From: an uncultured bacterium | GTDB lineage: Bacteria; Acidobacteriota; Thermoanaerobaculia; Multivoradales; JAHZIX01 | Length of the DNA: 64,000 nt | Assembly (NCBI GenBank): GCA_965368975.1 | Contig: CBDUPA010000001.1 | Location: 576,001-640,000 of the forward strand | Direction of reading: 5' to 3' | Part shown: positions 54,818 through 64,000 of the stretch, in pieces | Numbering within the stretch: position 1 is the stretch's first letter | Layout of the letters: every line of letters begins with the position of its first letter | Translations under genes and position numbers: made by a program | Notes under the pieces: model-generated | What the model was told of the DNA's origin: nothing | The model's database searches: none | Seen by the model: the letters and a program-made list of their open reading frames with translations, nothing else

Positions 54818-54846
54818 ATTATAGCATGGTTGCTGAGATGCGGCAA
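54818..54846 (-). promoter_or_regulatory. Near-consensus sigma70 promoter facing the low-GC genes
   Basis: TTGCCG-N17-TATAAT with extended -10 TG. Confidence 0.7.
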
Positions 54847-54889
54847 GGCCGAAGCAGCGAAGCTGCGGCTGCACCTGCTCTCAGCGCTC

Positions 54890-56563
54890 TCAACCCACCA
54901 TCTCGACGCCCACCGCCTCCGCGACGCGAATCCCGTCGATCCCCGCCGACAAGATCCCCCCCGCGTAGCCTGCACCCTCACCAGCGGGATACAGCCCCCG
55001 CGTGTTGACGCTCTGCATGTCTTCCCCCCGGGGAATCCGGATCGGCGACGACGTGCGGGTCTCGACGCCGGTGAACAGGGCGTCAGGCATGGCGAAGCCT
55101 TTGAGCTTGCGATCGAAGGCAGGGATGGCTTCGCGGATGGCGTCGATGGCCCACGAGGGCAGGCACTCGGAGAGGTCACCGAGCTGGACGCCCGGCTTGT
55201 AGGAGGGGAGGACATCGCCGAATTTCTTGGACGCACGACCGGCGAGGAAGTCGCCGATCTTCTGGCCGGGGGCTTCGTAGGTGCTGCCACCGGCGACGAA
55301 GGCTTTGGCTTCCCAGTGGCGCTGGAAGGTGATGCCGGCGAGCGGTTCGCCGGGACGCAGGCCGGGGAGCAGGTCGGCTTCGGGGACCTCGATCTCGACC
55401 GCGGTGTCTTCCGGCTGTAGGCCCACGACGATGCCGGCGTTGGCGTTGCGCTCGCTGCGGTCGTACTGGCTCATACCGTTGGTGACCACGCGGCCCAGCT
55501 CGGACGCGGCGGCGACGACGGTGCCGCCGGGGCACATGCAGAAGCTGTAGACAGAGCGACCCTTGACGCGTTCCCCCTTGCAGTGGTGCACCAGCTTGTA
55601 GTCGGCGGCGCCGAGCAAGGGGTGGCCGGCGGCTTTGCCATAGCGGCGGCGATCGATCAGGGCTTGTGGGTGCTCGACGCGGAAGCCGACGGAGAAGGGC
55701 TTGGGGTCGATCTGGACGCCTTCGGCGTAGAGATGCTGGAAAGTATCGCGTGCGCTGTGGCCGGCGGCGAGGACCAGGTGATCGCAGCGGATGTGCTCAC
55801 CGTCCGCCAAGATCACACCGCGCACGTGGCGCTGACCGTCGGGGGTTTGCTCGATGTGGAAACTCTCGACGCGCGCTTGGAAGCGGATCTCGCCGCCCAG
55901 GCCCTCGATCTTGGCTCGCAGGTGTTCGACCATCTTGACCAGCTTGAAGGTGCCGATGTGCGGCTTGGCTTGCCACAGGATTTCCTCGGGCGCGCCGGCC
56001 TCGACGAACTCGGTCAGCACCTTGCGGCCGAGGTGGCGCGGATCGCGCACCTGGCTGTAGAGCTTGCCGTCCGAGAAGGTGCCGGCGCCGCCTTCGCCGA
56101 ACTGGACGTTGGACTCCGGGTCGAGGACATTCTTGCGCCAGAAACCGAAAGTGTCGACAGTGCGCTCGCGGACCTTCTTGCCGCGCTCCAGGATCAGCGG
56201 TTCCAGGCCCATCTCGGCCAGGATCAGGCCGGCGAACAGGCCGCACGGGCCCATGCCGATGATGACCGGCCGGGGTCTAAGCGGTGCGTCGGCATGGGCG
56301 ACCGCCTGGTACTCCATGTTCGGCGTCGGCTGGACGTGCGGGTCCTCCGCGAAGCGTTCGAGCAACTCGGCTTCGCGCGGCGTGTCGATGTCGAGGCTGT
56401 AGATCAGCTGCACACCTCGCCGGCTACGCGCGTCGGCGCTGCGCTTGAAAACGCTGAAGTCCTGTAAGTCGCTGGCGTCGAGGCTGAGGCGTTCGAGCAC
56501 CGCAGCGCGCAGGGCTGCGGGAGTATGGTCGAGAGGCAGCGATAACTGGTGGAGGCGGATCAT
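54890..56563 (-). CDS. FAD-dependent oxidoreductase (uncharacterised COG2509-like family)
   Basis: IIGMGPCG, GEGGAGTFSDGKL, SFCMCPGG, GVETRTSSP, GEGAGYAGGI. Confidence 0.92.
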   Translation of the reverse strand: MIRLHQLSLPLDHTPAALRAAVLERLSLDASDLQDFSVFKRSADARSRRGVQLIYSLDIDTPREAELLERFAEDPHVQPTPNMEYQAVAHADAPLRPRPVIIGMGPCGLFAGLILAEMGLEPLILERGKKVRERTVDTFGFWRKNVLDPESNVQFGEGGAGTFSDGKLYSQVRDPRHLGRKVLTEFVEAGAPEEILWQAKPHIGTFKLVKMVEHLRAKIEGLGGEIRFQARVESFHIEQTPDGQRHVRGVILADGEHIRCDHLVLAAGHSARDTFQHLYAEGVQIDPKPFSVGFRVEHPQALIDRRRYGKAAGHPLLGAADYKLVHHCKGERVKGRSVYSFCMCPGGTVVAAASELGRVVTNGMSQYDRSERNANAGIVVGLQPEDTAVEIEVPEADLLPGLRPGEPLAGITFQRHWEAKAFVAGGSTYEAPGQKIGDFLAGRASKKFGDVLPSYKPGVQLGDLSECLPSWAIDAIREAIPAFDRKLKGFAMPDALFTGVETRTSSPIRIPRGEDMQSVNTRGLYPAGEGAGYAGGILSAGIDGIRVAEAVGVEMVG

Positions 56564-56697
56564 ACTTTTGGCCTGGTTTTGCGTATGTGGGAGCGGACGG
56601 CTCTGCAGTCATGCCAGGAGAGAGCGGCAGCGACTGTCGATCGCAAGAGCCGATCATAGATCAGGGTGGTACGATCCTGGAAAGGAGACTCACTAGA

Positions 56698-57702
56698 ATG
56701 ACTGACAAACCCCTGAAGTTCCCAATCCGTCTACCGAAATTACCCGGTGCTTCGACCGGGCTCTTCCTACCCTTGATCCTGACGATTCTGGCCATCGCCT
56801 TCGTCTGGACGACGTTCTACACCGTGCCCGCGGAGTCCGAGGGCGTGGTGATGCGCTTCGGCGAGTTCCACACCACCGTATCCCCGGGGCTGCATTTCAA
56901 GATCCCGTTGGGTGTCGACACCGTGGAGATCGTGCCGGTACGCCGGCAGCTGAAGCAGGAGTTCGGCTTCGGCACGGCGGGGGGCGGCAACCCTTCACAG
57001 GTGGGTGCGCCCAACGAGTGGAGTGACGTCAAGGCGATGGTGACCGGAGATCTCAACACGGCCTTGGTCGAGTGGGTGATCCAGTACCGTATCGAGCGGC
57101 CGGACCACTACCTGTTCAACGTGCGCAATCCCGACGCCACCCTGCGCGATGCTTCCGAAAGCGTGATGCGCGAGGTGGTCGGTGACCGCACGGTCGACGA
57201 AGTGATCACCATCGGACGTCAGGAGATCGAGGACGAGGCCCTGGTCAAGCTGCAGGCGCTGGTCAAGGACTACGAGATGGGCATTCGCATCGACCAGGTG
57301 CAGCTCAAGAACGTCAATCCACCCGAGCGCGTGCAGGCTTCGTTCAACGAGGTCAACCAGGCGCAGCAGGAAAAGGAGAGCGCGATCAACAACGCGCGCG
57401 GTGAGTACAACAAGTCGATCCCGCGCGCCCGTGGCCTGGCCGACCAGAGCATCCGCGCCGCCGAGGGCTACGCGCAGAAGCGAGTCAACGAGGCACAGGG
57501 TGAAGTCACCGCCTTCAATGCCTTGCTCAGCGAGTACGTGCAGGCGCCGGAGGTGACTCGCCAGCGGTTGTACCTGGAGACCATGGCAGAGGTGCTGCCG
57601 GGGGTGCAGAACAAGGTGATCGTGGACGAGAACGCCACCAGCATCTTGCCGCTCCTCAACCTGGACGGTGGACGCACCAGCAACGTGGGAGGGTCGAACT
57701 GA
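56698..57702 (+). CDS. hflK: FtsH protease modulator HflK
   Basis: TM plus SPFH domain; M.TGD.N; PP..VQ..F..V..A; A.GY; PEVTR.RLYLETM. Confidence 0.93.
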   Translation: MTDKPLKFPIRLPKLPGASTGLFLPLILTILAIAFVWTTFYTVPAESEGVVMRFGEFHTTVSPGLHFKIPLGVDTVEIVPVRRQLKQEFGFGTAGGGNPSQVGAPNEWSDVKAMVTGDLNTALVEWVIQYRIERPDHYLFNVRNPDATLRDASESVMREVVGDRTVDEVITIGRQEIEDEALVKLQALVKDYEMGIRIDQVQLKNVNPPERVQASFNEVNQAQQEKESAINNARGEYNKSIPRARGLADQSIRAAEGYAQKRVNEAQGEVTAFNALLSEYVQAPEVTRQRLYLETMAEVLPGVQNKVIVDENATSILPLLNLDGGRTSNVGGSN

Positions 57703-58676
57703 TGGCACAAGCAAAGAAAGGTTGTGGCCTCCTCGCATTGGCCATCGTCCTGATCGTCACCGGCTGGAATGCCGCGTACATCCTCAGCGAGACCGAGCAA
57801 GCGATCATCACCCAGTTCGGCAAGCCGATCGGCGAACCGATCACTGAAGCCGGTCTGCACTTCAAGGTGCCGTTCATCCAGGAAGTCAACAGCATCGAGA
57901 AGCGGATCATGGAGTGGGACGGACAGCGTACCGAGATGCCCACGCGCGACAAGCTCTATATCTCGGTCGACACCTTCGCGCGCTGGCGCGTGGTCGATCC
58001 GCTGGAGTACTTCCGCCGTCTGCGCGACGAGCGCAGCGCACAGAGTCGCCTGGACGACATTCTGGGTAGTGAGACGCGCAACGCGATCGCCAAGCACGAC
58101 CTGATCGAGGTCATCCGCACCACCCGCGATCGCGAACCGATGGTCGACCAGACGCTGGAGCAGATCGTCGATAGCGGTTCCAACATCGGCGTGCTGCACC
58201 CGATCAACAAGGGGCGGCAGCTGATCGAGGAAGAGATCATGGAAGCCGCCGCGGCCAAGCTGGCGGAGTTCGGGATCGAGTTGCTGGACATCCGCTTCAA
58301 GCGCATCAACTACAACCCGAGCGTGGTCGAAAAGATCTACGAGCGCATGATTTCCGAGCGCCGCCAGATCGCCTCGCGCTTCCGCTCCGAGGGTGAGGGC
58401 GAGGCTGCCCGTATCCTGGGTGACAAGGATCGTGACCTCAGCGTCATCGAGTCCGAGGCCTACCGCCGCGTGCAGGAAATCCGCGGTGCCGCCGACGCCG
58501 AGGCGACGGGCATCTACGCCGCGGCTTACGACCAGAGCCGCCAGGCGCGCGAGCTCTACGCATTCGTCAAGACCATGGAGACCTACCGCCGCGTCGTCGG
58601 TGCGGACAGCACACTCGTGTTCTCGACCGACAGCGACCTGTTCAAGTACCTGACCGATGCGGAGGGTGGCCCGTAG
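57702..58676 (+). CDS. hflC: FtsH protease modulator HflC
   Basis: FG..I..PGLHFK-like motif, RM.SER..A..RSEG..EA..I, G.ADA.A..IYA.AY. Confidence 0.93.
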   Translation: MAQAKKGCGLLALAIVLIVTGWNAAYILSETEQAIITQFGKPIGEPITEAGLHFKVPFIQEVNSIEKRIMEWDGQRTEMPTRDKLYISVDTFARWRVVDPLEYFRRLRDERSAQSRLDDILGSETRNAIAKHDLIEVIRTTRDREPMVDQTLEQIVDSGSNIGVLHPINKGRQLIEEEIMEAAAAKLAEFGIELLDIRFKRINYNPSVVEKIYERMISERRQIASRFRSEGEGEAARILGDKDRDLSVIESEAYRRVQEIRGAADAEATGIYAAAYDQSRQARELYAFVKTMETYRRVVGADSTLVFSTDSDLFKYLTDAEGGP

Positions 58677-58723
58677 ATGGGTTGTGGCACCGGCTTTCGC
58701 TGGTGCCACTCCTCATTTCAGAT

Positions 58724-58803
58724 GTAGGGGCGGCCCCATGTGGCCGCCCTGCGGCGTCAGCCGCATCCGGATCTGGAGGGCACCCACGAGGGAGTGCCCC
58801 TAC
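58724..58803. repeat. Inverted pair of GTAG-type REP elements (REPIN-like)
   Basis: GTAGGGGCGGCCCCATGTGGCCGCCC (58724-58749) and, inverted, GTAGGGGCACTCCCTCGTGGGTGCCC (58778-58803); each has its own hairpin. Confidence 0.8.
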
Positions 58804-58830
58804 CCAGATTTGGAATCCCGTTGGTTGTCG

Positions 58831-60192
58831 TCACTCCCCGTTCGACGCCATGTAGTCCAGCGTCAGGTGCGTCAAGGCACGCACCCCGAGTCCCAGGCCG
58901 CTCTCGTCGATGAAGAAATCCGGCGTGTGGTGGCCCGGGGCTTCGTCTTCGCTGAGGTCCAGGGACTTGCCGCCGAGGAAGAAGAAGAAGCCGGGCACCT
59001 GCTCGGCGAAGAAGGAAAAGTCCTCGGCACCGGTGATCGCCGGCACGATATGCAGGTTGTCCTCGCCGGCGACGCGGCGCAGCGTCGGCTCGACGGCGGC
59101 AGTCAGGTCGACGTTGTTGTAGGTCACCGGGTAGGAGGTGGTGAGCGGGATCTCGACCTTCACCTCGGCACCGAGACTCTCACCGACGCCGGAGGCGATC
59201 TGGCGTACTTTGGCGTGGATGCGCTTGCGGTCGTCGGGGCTGAGCGCGCGCAGCGTACCGACTAGCACCACTTCTTCCGGGATGATGTTGGAGCGTACGC
59301 CGCCGTGGATGCTGCCGACGGTCACCACGCTGGCGTTCTCGGTCAGGTTCATCTGCCGGCTGACGATGGTCTGCAGCGCGGTGATGATGTGCGCCGAGGC
59401 AACGATCGGGTCGGCACCCTTCCACGGCTGCGAGCCGTGTGCTTGCTTGCCCGTCACGGTGATGCGGTAGTTGTCGGCACTGGCCAGCATGCCGCCCGGG
59501 CGGTAGGAGAGCGAGCCGACGTCGAAGGTGGAGGAGATGTGCAGGCCGAAGACGACGTCAACGTCGGGATTCTGCAACGCCCCTTCCTTGACCATCAGCT
59601 CGGCGCCGCCCTCTTCGCCTTCCGGCGGCCCTTCCTCGGCCGGCTGGAACAGGAACTTGACGGTGCCCGGCAAGTCGTCGCGCAACTGGCTGAGCACTTG
59701 CGCGACCCCCATCAGGATCGCCACGTGGGTGTCGTGGCCGCAGGCGTGCATCACCGGCACTTCCGCGCCGTTGAAGACACCGGTCGCCTTGGAGGCGAAG
59801 GGCAGGTCGGCTCGTTCGGGCACCGGCAGGGCGTCCATGTCGGCGCGCAGCGCGACGACCGGGCCGCCATCCGCACCCGCCTTGCCACCGCGTAGCACAC
59901 CGACGACGCCGGTGTGGGCGACCTCGGTCTGCACGTCGATGCCGAGCGAGCGCAGGTGCTCGGCGATCAGGCCAGCGGTGCGAAACTCGCGGTTTCCCAA
60001 CTCCGGATTCTGGTGGATGTCGCGCCGCCAGGTGATGACGTCCGGCTGGACGGCGGCGCACAGCTGGTCGACGTTGTCGGCGCCGAGCTTTCCGTCGCCG
60101 GCCGCGCTCAGCGGGGCCAGGGCGAGCGGCGCGATCAGGAATGCGAGCAGCAGCAGGCTGCCGCGGGAGCACACGGTGTTGATGGTCAGCAT
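58831..60192 (-). CDS. Secreted M20D amidohydrolase
   Basis: H..PEL..E..T, LRADMDALP, MHACGHD, QPAEEG, AEDF, HH.P.F. Confidence 0.93.
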   Translation of the reverse strand: MLTINTVCSRGSLLLLAFLIAPLALAPLSAAGDGKLGADNVDQLCAAVQPDVITWRRDIHQNPELGNREFRTAGLIAEHLRSLGIDVQTEVAHTGVVGVLRGGKAGADGGPVVALRADMDALPVPERADLPFASKATGVFNGAEVPVMHACGHDTHVAILMGVAQVLSQLRDDLPGTVKFLFQPAEEGPPEGEEGGAELMVKEGALQNPDVDVVFGLHISSTFDVGSLSYRPGGMLASADNYRITVTGKQAHGSQPWKGADPIVASAHIITALQTIVSRQMNLTENASVVTVGSIHGGVRSNIIPEEVVLVGTLRALSPDDRKRIHAKVRQIASGVGESLGAEVKVEIPLTTSYPVTYNNVDLTAAVEPTLRRVAGEDNLHIVPAITGAEDFSFFAEQVPGFFFFLGGKSLDLSEDEAPGHHTPDFFIDESGLGLGVRALTHLTLDYMASNGE

Positions 60193-60309
60193 GGCGGTGA
60201 TTCTGCCACAAAGCTGGCGTCGCGGCAGGGGCAGCTACAGGACGAGTCAGGCCGAGTTGGCGAGGCGGTACAGTCCCTGGTTGTCTGCCTCCTGTGCAGC
60301 CGACAGCAG

Positions 60310-60347
60310 AAAAAAGGCGGGCCCGGACGCGTAGCGTCCGAGTCCGC
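60310..60347 (-). terminator. Rho-independent terminator
   Basis: GC-rich hairpin followed by T6 on the minus strand, about 30 bp after the stop at 60379. Confidence 0.75.
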
Positions 60348-60378
60348 GTGTAGGAGTAGACCCTTGGGAAGTTCGTGT

Positions 60379-63300
60379 CTATGGACAGGTCGCGAACGCC
60401 TGCGTGTCCTGGATCGGCTGGAAAGCGGTTGCCTGCGGATTCAGGTAGCGCACGACCTCGCCGCTCTGGGTATCCGTGACCGTGATCCGGGCCTCGACGT
60501 TGGTCAGGCCACCGGCGAAGACCCAGAAGCGGTCGCGGCCGGCGCAGGCGTCGAGCACCTTGATCACCAGCTCGACGTTGGTGTCGCGGAAGAACCAGAA
60601 GTAGCCGGTGTCGTCGGTGAGCTGGACACCCTGGCCAATGCCGCTGGTGCCGTTGGCACGGGTCCAGTCGACGCTGACCTCGAAGCGGTCGGCGTTGAGC
60701 AGGATCGAGTCGCTGCCCGGCGGTGGTGGTCCGGGATCGACCAGGTCCGAGGACACATCGAGGGCGTCGCAGGTGCTGAAGGCGCTGGTGTCCTGGAGCG
60801 GTTGGAACGGTGCTTCGAGCGGGTTCTGGTACAGCTGTACCTCGCCGGTCCAGGTGTCGGTGACGGTCATCACCACCTCGACGTTGGTCAGGCCGCCGGC
60901 GAAGACCCAGAAGCGATCACGGCTGGCGCAAGCGTCCAGGGCCTTGACCACCATCTCGACGTTGCTGTTCTGGAAGAACCAGAAGTAGCCGGTGTCGTCG
61001 GTCAGCTGCACGGCATGTCCCGTGCCGGTACGGTCGTTGGGCGTGCGCCAGTCGGTTTCGACGGCGAAGCGACCCTCGTTCAGGCACAGTACCTGCTCGG
61101 AAGGCGTGCAGGCGCGGCCGACATGGGCGTTGGTGACCGTCAGCTCCTCGATACCGCCCTTGGCGACCACCTCGAGCGAGCTCTTGCCGCTGATCCGCTC
61201 CGAGGTGCCCTCGGCGGCCAGCAGCCGGATCTCGTCGCCCACCACGGTGAGCTTGGCCGGTGTACGCAGACCGTCGGGGTCGTCGGGCACGGCTTCGAAC
61301 AGGGAGATGGTGATGTCCTGGTCGAAGTCCATGACGTAGCCCTCGGTTGCGGTGTCCAGCTTGCCGAGACGGTCCGGGAGTCCCGTCAGCAGGGCGGCCG
61401 GCCCGGCGGGTAAGACGGTCTCGGTGACCAGGAAGCCGTCCTGGAACACCTGAACGGTCTGGGTCGGCGAGGCGATGGTCGAGAAGTCGGTGGCGACCTC
61501 GATGATCGCGTCGATGTCCGGCCGCGCCAGCTCGAGGCGGCCGAGGGGCTGGTCGGCGACGCCGTCGTAAGTACCGAAGGCGGTCAGCTGCAGGGAACTC
61601 CCCTCGGGGGGCAGGTCGGTATTGCCTGGAGCTCCGACGGTGAGGTCGAGAAGGAAGGTCTGGGCCTCGCCCTGCCGGCTGTTGGTGACCAGATTGAACC
61701 CGCCACCCTCGGCCGGGATCTCGCTGACACGCAGGCTGCCATTGGCTGGTTCCAGTCGCACGGGGCCGACGGCACCGTACAACTCCTCGCCAACGATGAC
61801 TGTCGAGGGCCCGATCACCAGCTCGTCGAGGCCGTTGTTGGTCACCTCGATGCTCGACAGGCTTAGTTCCTTGACGGGAACGACCAGCGGCGGGCAGATG
61901 ACGACGCGATCGCCTGTCACGTTCCGAGGGCCACCTTGCGCAATGTCGACCTCGGTAGTCTGGGTCAAGTAGACCTCGAAGCAGTAGGTCTGCGGATGGC
62001 TGCCAAACTCACGAAGGTCGATCTCGCTGAAGCACGAGCCGGCCGGCAAGGTGGCGACGAGGCCTTCCGCCGCGTTGAAGTACTCGGTAACCTTGGTATC
62101 TCCGTTCCAGATCTCGACTCTCACGAAGGGTTCAGTGCCGGGGAAGTCGATTGTGACAGTGGCAGGGTTGCCGCCTGTGTAAGTGAGAACTGCAGGGGTG
62201 TCAGTGCCGCCGAAGTTCGCCGTCGTCACGATTTCCTCCCCGATGTCCGGGCAGGTGATCTCAGTGTTGGCGCAGACGCCGTTGGCACCATTGAGTTCGA
62301 AGACGATGCTGCTGCCGGTAGGCAGGGCGATGTACTCGTTCGAGAAGTCGATGTCCCCGATCGGTATGCAGGTCCAGCCGTAGCAGGGCACCGGTGGTGG
62401 GCAGGTGCGGTAGCGCAGACGGGCGTAGTCGAGGATGGTGTCGTCCTGGATATAGAGGTCGAGCCGGCCGTCTAGGATCAGGTCGGAGACGTCGAAGTTG
62501 AAGGTGGTGGGTGGGCCGTCGATCCGCCAAATGCCGCCCGCCTCCGGCAGGGCGCGGATCTCGCTCATGAAGGCGAAGAGCGGACTGCCGCCGCGCAGGC
62601 CGAGATGCAGGGTGTCGTTGGAGAGTAAGCTCGAGCTACCGGGCTGCAGACGGACTTCGAGCTCGGCTTCGAAGATCGACTCGGGGAGGTTCTGGAAGGT
62701 GCAGGCGACCGCGCGGTCGGTGCGGATCTCGTCGGCGGTCTTCCACAGCACGCTCGGCAGAGCCGCTTCGAGCTCTGGGCCCCGGTAGGTGAAGTCCGTG
62801 GGCAGGGCGAACTCGTCCGGCCGGCCGCAGTAGCGGGTCGTCCAGGGTACCGACCACAGCCGCAGCTCGAAGTAGTCGACGGTCGAGTCGTCCTGCACGC
62901 GCACATCGAGCACGCGCTCACTCTTCAGCACGTCGAGCACTGTCATGCCGTCACCGAACCCCAGTGTCGAGAGATCGAGCGTAAAGGTAGTGGGACCGTT
63001 GTTGGCGATGTCCCAGGTACCGCCGGACTCCGGCAGCTGGACGAAGCTCTTGCTGGCGAAGCCCTGACCGGAGGTAGCCGAACCGAGGTTGACGCCATCG
63101 TTGGAGGCCAACGAGCTGTTCAAGGGCCGGGTGCGGATGACCAGTTCCGCTCGGCAGAGGTCGGCGGGAATGTCGGTGAAGGTGTGTCCGACCCAGTGGT
63201 CCGTGGTGGTCTGGTCGAAGCTGCCCCAGAAGGTCGGGCTGCCGAAGGCGGTGTCGAGTTCCGGGCGTCGTGACGTCGCATCCGTCGGTGGTGCGAAGTC

Positions 63301-63444
63301 GTCGGCCAGGCCGGCGCGCAGGACGACAGGCTCACCGAGATTGTCGCACTCGGACGCGTGGCTGGGTACGGGTGTCAAACACAGGCAGAGCACCGCGACC
63401 AGTACGGTCAAAAGTGCCTTGCGTGGGGGCAGAGGTAGAAGCAT
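60379..63444 (-). CDS. Large secreted repeat protein (two N-terminal QDD repeats, two C-terminal GYFWFF repeats)
   Basis: GGAG RBS; signal peptide; duplicated LD..QDD..DY..L domain; duplicated TDDTGYFWFF..NVE..K.LDAC..RDRFWVFAGGLTNVE domain. Confidence 0.85.
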   Translation of the reverse strand: MLLPLPPRKALLTVLVAVLCLCLTPVPSHASECDNLGEPVVLRAGLADDFAPPTDATSRRPELDTAFGSPTFWGSFDQTTTDHWVGHTFTDIPADLCRAELVIRTRPLNSSLASNDGVNLGSATSGQGFASKSFVQLPESGGTWDIANNGPTTFTLDLSTLGFGDGMTVLDVLKSERVLDVRVQDDSTVDYFELRLWSVPWTTRYCGRPDEFALPTDFTYRGPELEAALPSVLWKTADEIRTDRAVACTFQNLPESIFEAELEVRLQPGSSSLLSNDTLHLGLRGGSPLFAFMSEIRALPEAGGIWRIDGPPTTFNFDVSDLILDGRLDLYIQDDTILDYARLRYRTCPPPVPCYGWTCIPIGDIDFSNEYIALPTGSSIVFELNGANGVCANTEITCPDIGEEIVTTANFGGTDTPAVLTYTGGNPATVTIDFPGTEPFVRVEIWNGDTKVTEYFNAAEGLVATLPAGSCFSEIDLREFGSHPQTYCFEVYLTQTTEVDIAQGGPRNVTGDRVVICPPLVVPVKELSLSSIEVTNNGLDELVIGPSTVIVGEELYGAVGPVRLEPANGSLRVSEIPAEGGGFNLVTNSRQGEAQTFLLDLTVGAPGNTDLPPEGSSLQLTAFGTYDGVADQPLGRLELARPDIDAIIEVATDFSTIASPTQTVQVFQDGFLVTETVLPAGPAALLTGLPDRLGKLDTATEGYVMDFDQDITISLFEAVPDDPDGLRTPAKLTVVGDEIRLLAAEGTSERISGKSSLEVVAKGGIEELTVTNAHVGRACTPSEQVLCLNEGRFAVETDWRTPNDRTGTGHAVQLTDDTGYFWFFQNSNVEMVVKALDACASRDRFWVFAGGLTNVEVVMTVTDTWTGEVQLYQNPLEAPFQPLQDTSAFSTCDALDVSSDLVDPGPPPPGSDSILLNADRFEVSVDWTRANGTSGIGQGVQLTDDTGYFWFFRDTNVELVIKVLDACAGRDRFWVFAGGLTNVEARITVTDTQSGEVVRYLNPQATAFQPIQDTQAFATCP

Positions 63445-63602
63445 GTGGATCTCCAATCGAGGGTGGAGTGAGTGCCGCGGCGGCTCTGGAAAGAAATCCG
63501 AGAGCTGCCGCGGCGGGTTCTACCTCTCTCTTTGCGGTGGGTGGATCTTTTGGACGAGTTGTCTCGGAGTCTGTCTTGGCGTCTAATCTCGGTGCGTGAT
63601 CC

Positions 63603-64000
63603 TCAGAGATCGAATTCCAGGCCGACCGTCAGCCGCACCGTGGTCTGGTTGTCTCGCGGCAGCTGCAGCGCCTTCGGTCCGGCCGGTCCGTCGAAGTTCA
63701 GCGTCGTATCGCCGTGGAAGACGGTCGAGGCCCGCGCTTCGAAACGCAGCGCCAGTCGTGGTGAGATCGGATGGCGCAGGCCGGCACCGAAGGTGAGCAG
63801 CGGACTCGTCTCGGCTCCGGTCGATGCTTCGACGCCGAGGCCAGAATCTCGACCGCGCTCGTGCCACAAGCCTGCTCCCACGAAGACCGAGGGCTGCCAG
63901 CAGCAGTCGGTGCGAAAGGTCCACTCCAGGCTGGGCGTGAGGGAGATCGCCGGCCCGGCTTCCCGATCCTCCGGAGCGATGGCGAAAGGGAGGTCACAGC
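63603..64000 (-). CDS. Outer-membrane beta-barrel protein, C-terminal part
   Basis: Amphipathic strands FVGAG, FGAGLR, LALRFEAR, LTVGLEFDL; runs off the window edge. Confidence 0.65.
   Translation of the reverse strand, partial: CDLPFAIAPEDREAGPAISLTPSLEWTFRTDCCWQPSVFVGAGLWHERGRDSGLGVEASTGAETSPLLTFGAGLRHPISPRLALRFEARASTVFHGDTTLNFDGPAGPKALQLPRDNQTTVRLTVGLEFDL

Overview
A 64-kb high-GC bacterial window, probably Acidobacteriota (Thermoanaerobaculia-like). This is inferred from the secreted proteins with GYFWFF..NVE..VK.LD.C repeats, the Oar-type TonB receptor and the Hanks kinases. Housekeeping and stress genes include clpB (3' part), fur-katG, an rlmD-like gene, hflKC, mscS, a tricorn protease and an M20 amidohydrolase. 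Accessory loci: (1) a low-GC AbiJ-N/SEFIR/TIR defence-like gene followed by an integron attC-like site, with no integrase in the window; (2) a 57-aa Cys-rich RiPP precursor-like gene missing from the ORF track, with its own RBS and terminator and no adjacent maturase; (3) a ~1935-aa kinase-ATPase fused to two family-5 solute-binding domains; (4) a PHA locus (phaR, phasin, patatin) whose operator-like palindrome also lies in front of a tandem ArsA/Get3 ATPase pair; (5) a radical SAM / AMP-ligase / methyltransferase / ACP / glycosyltransferase cluster; (6) a split VioB-like pair coupled to a secreted Cys-rich protein; (7) a second low-GC island with a near-consensus promoter and a degenerate attC-like site. 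All calls come from reading motifs by eye; no searches were run.
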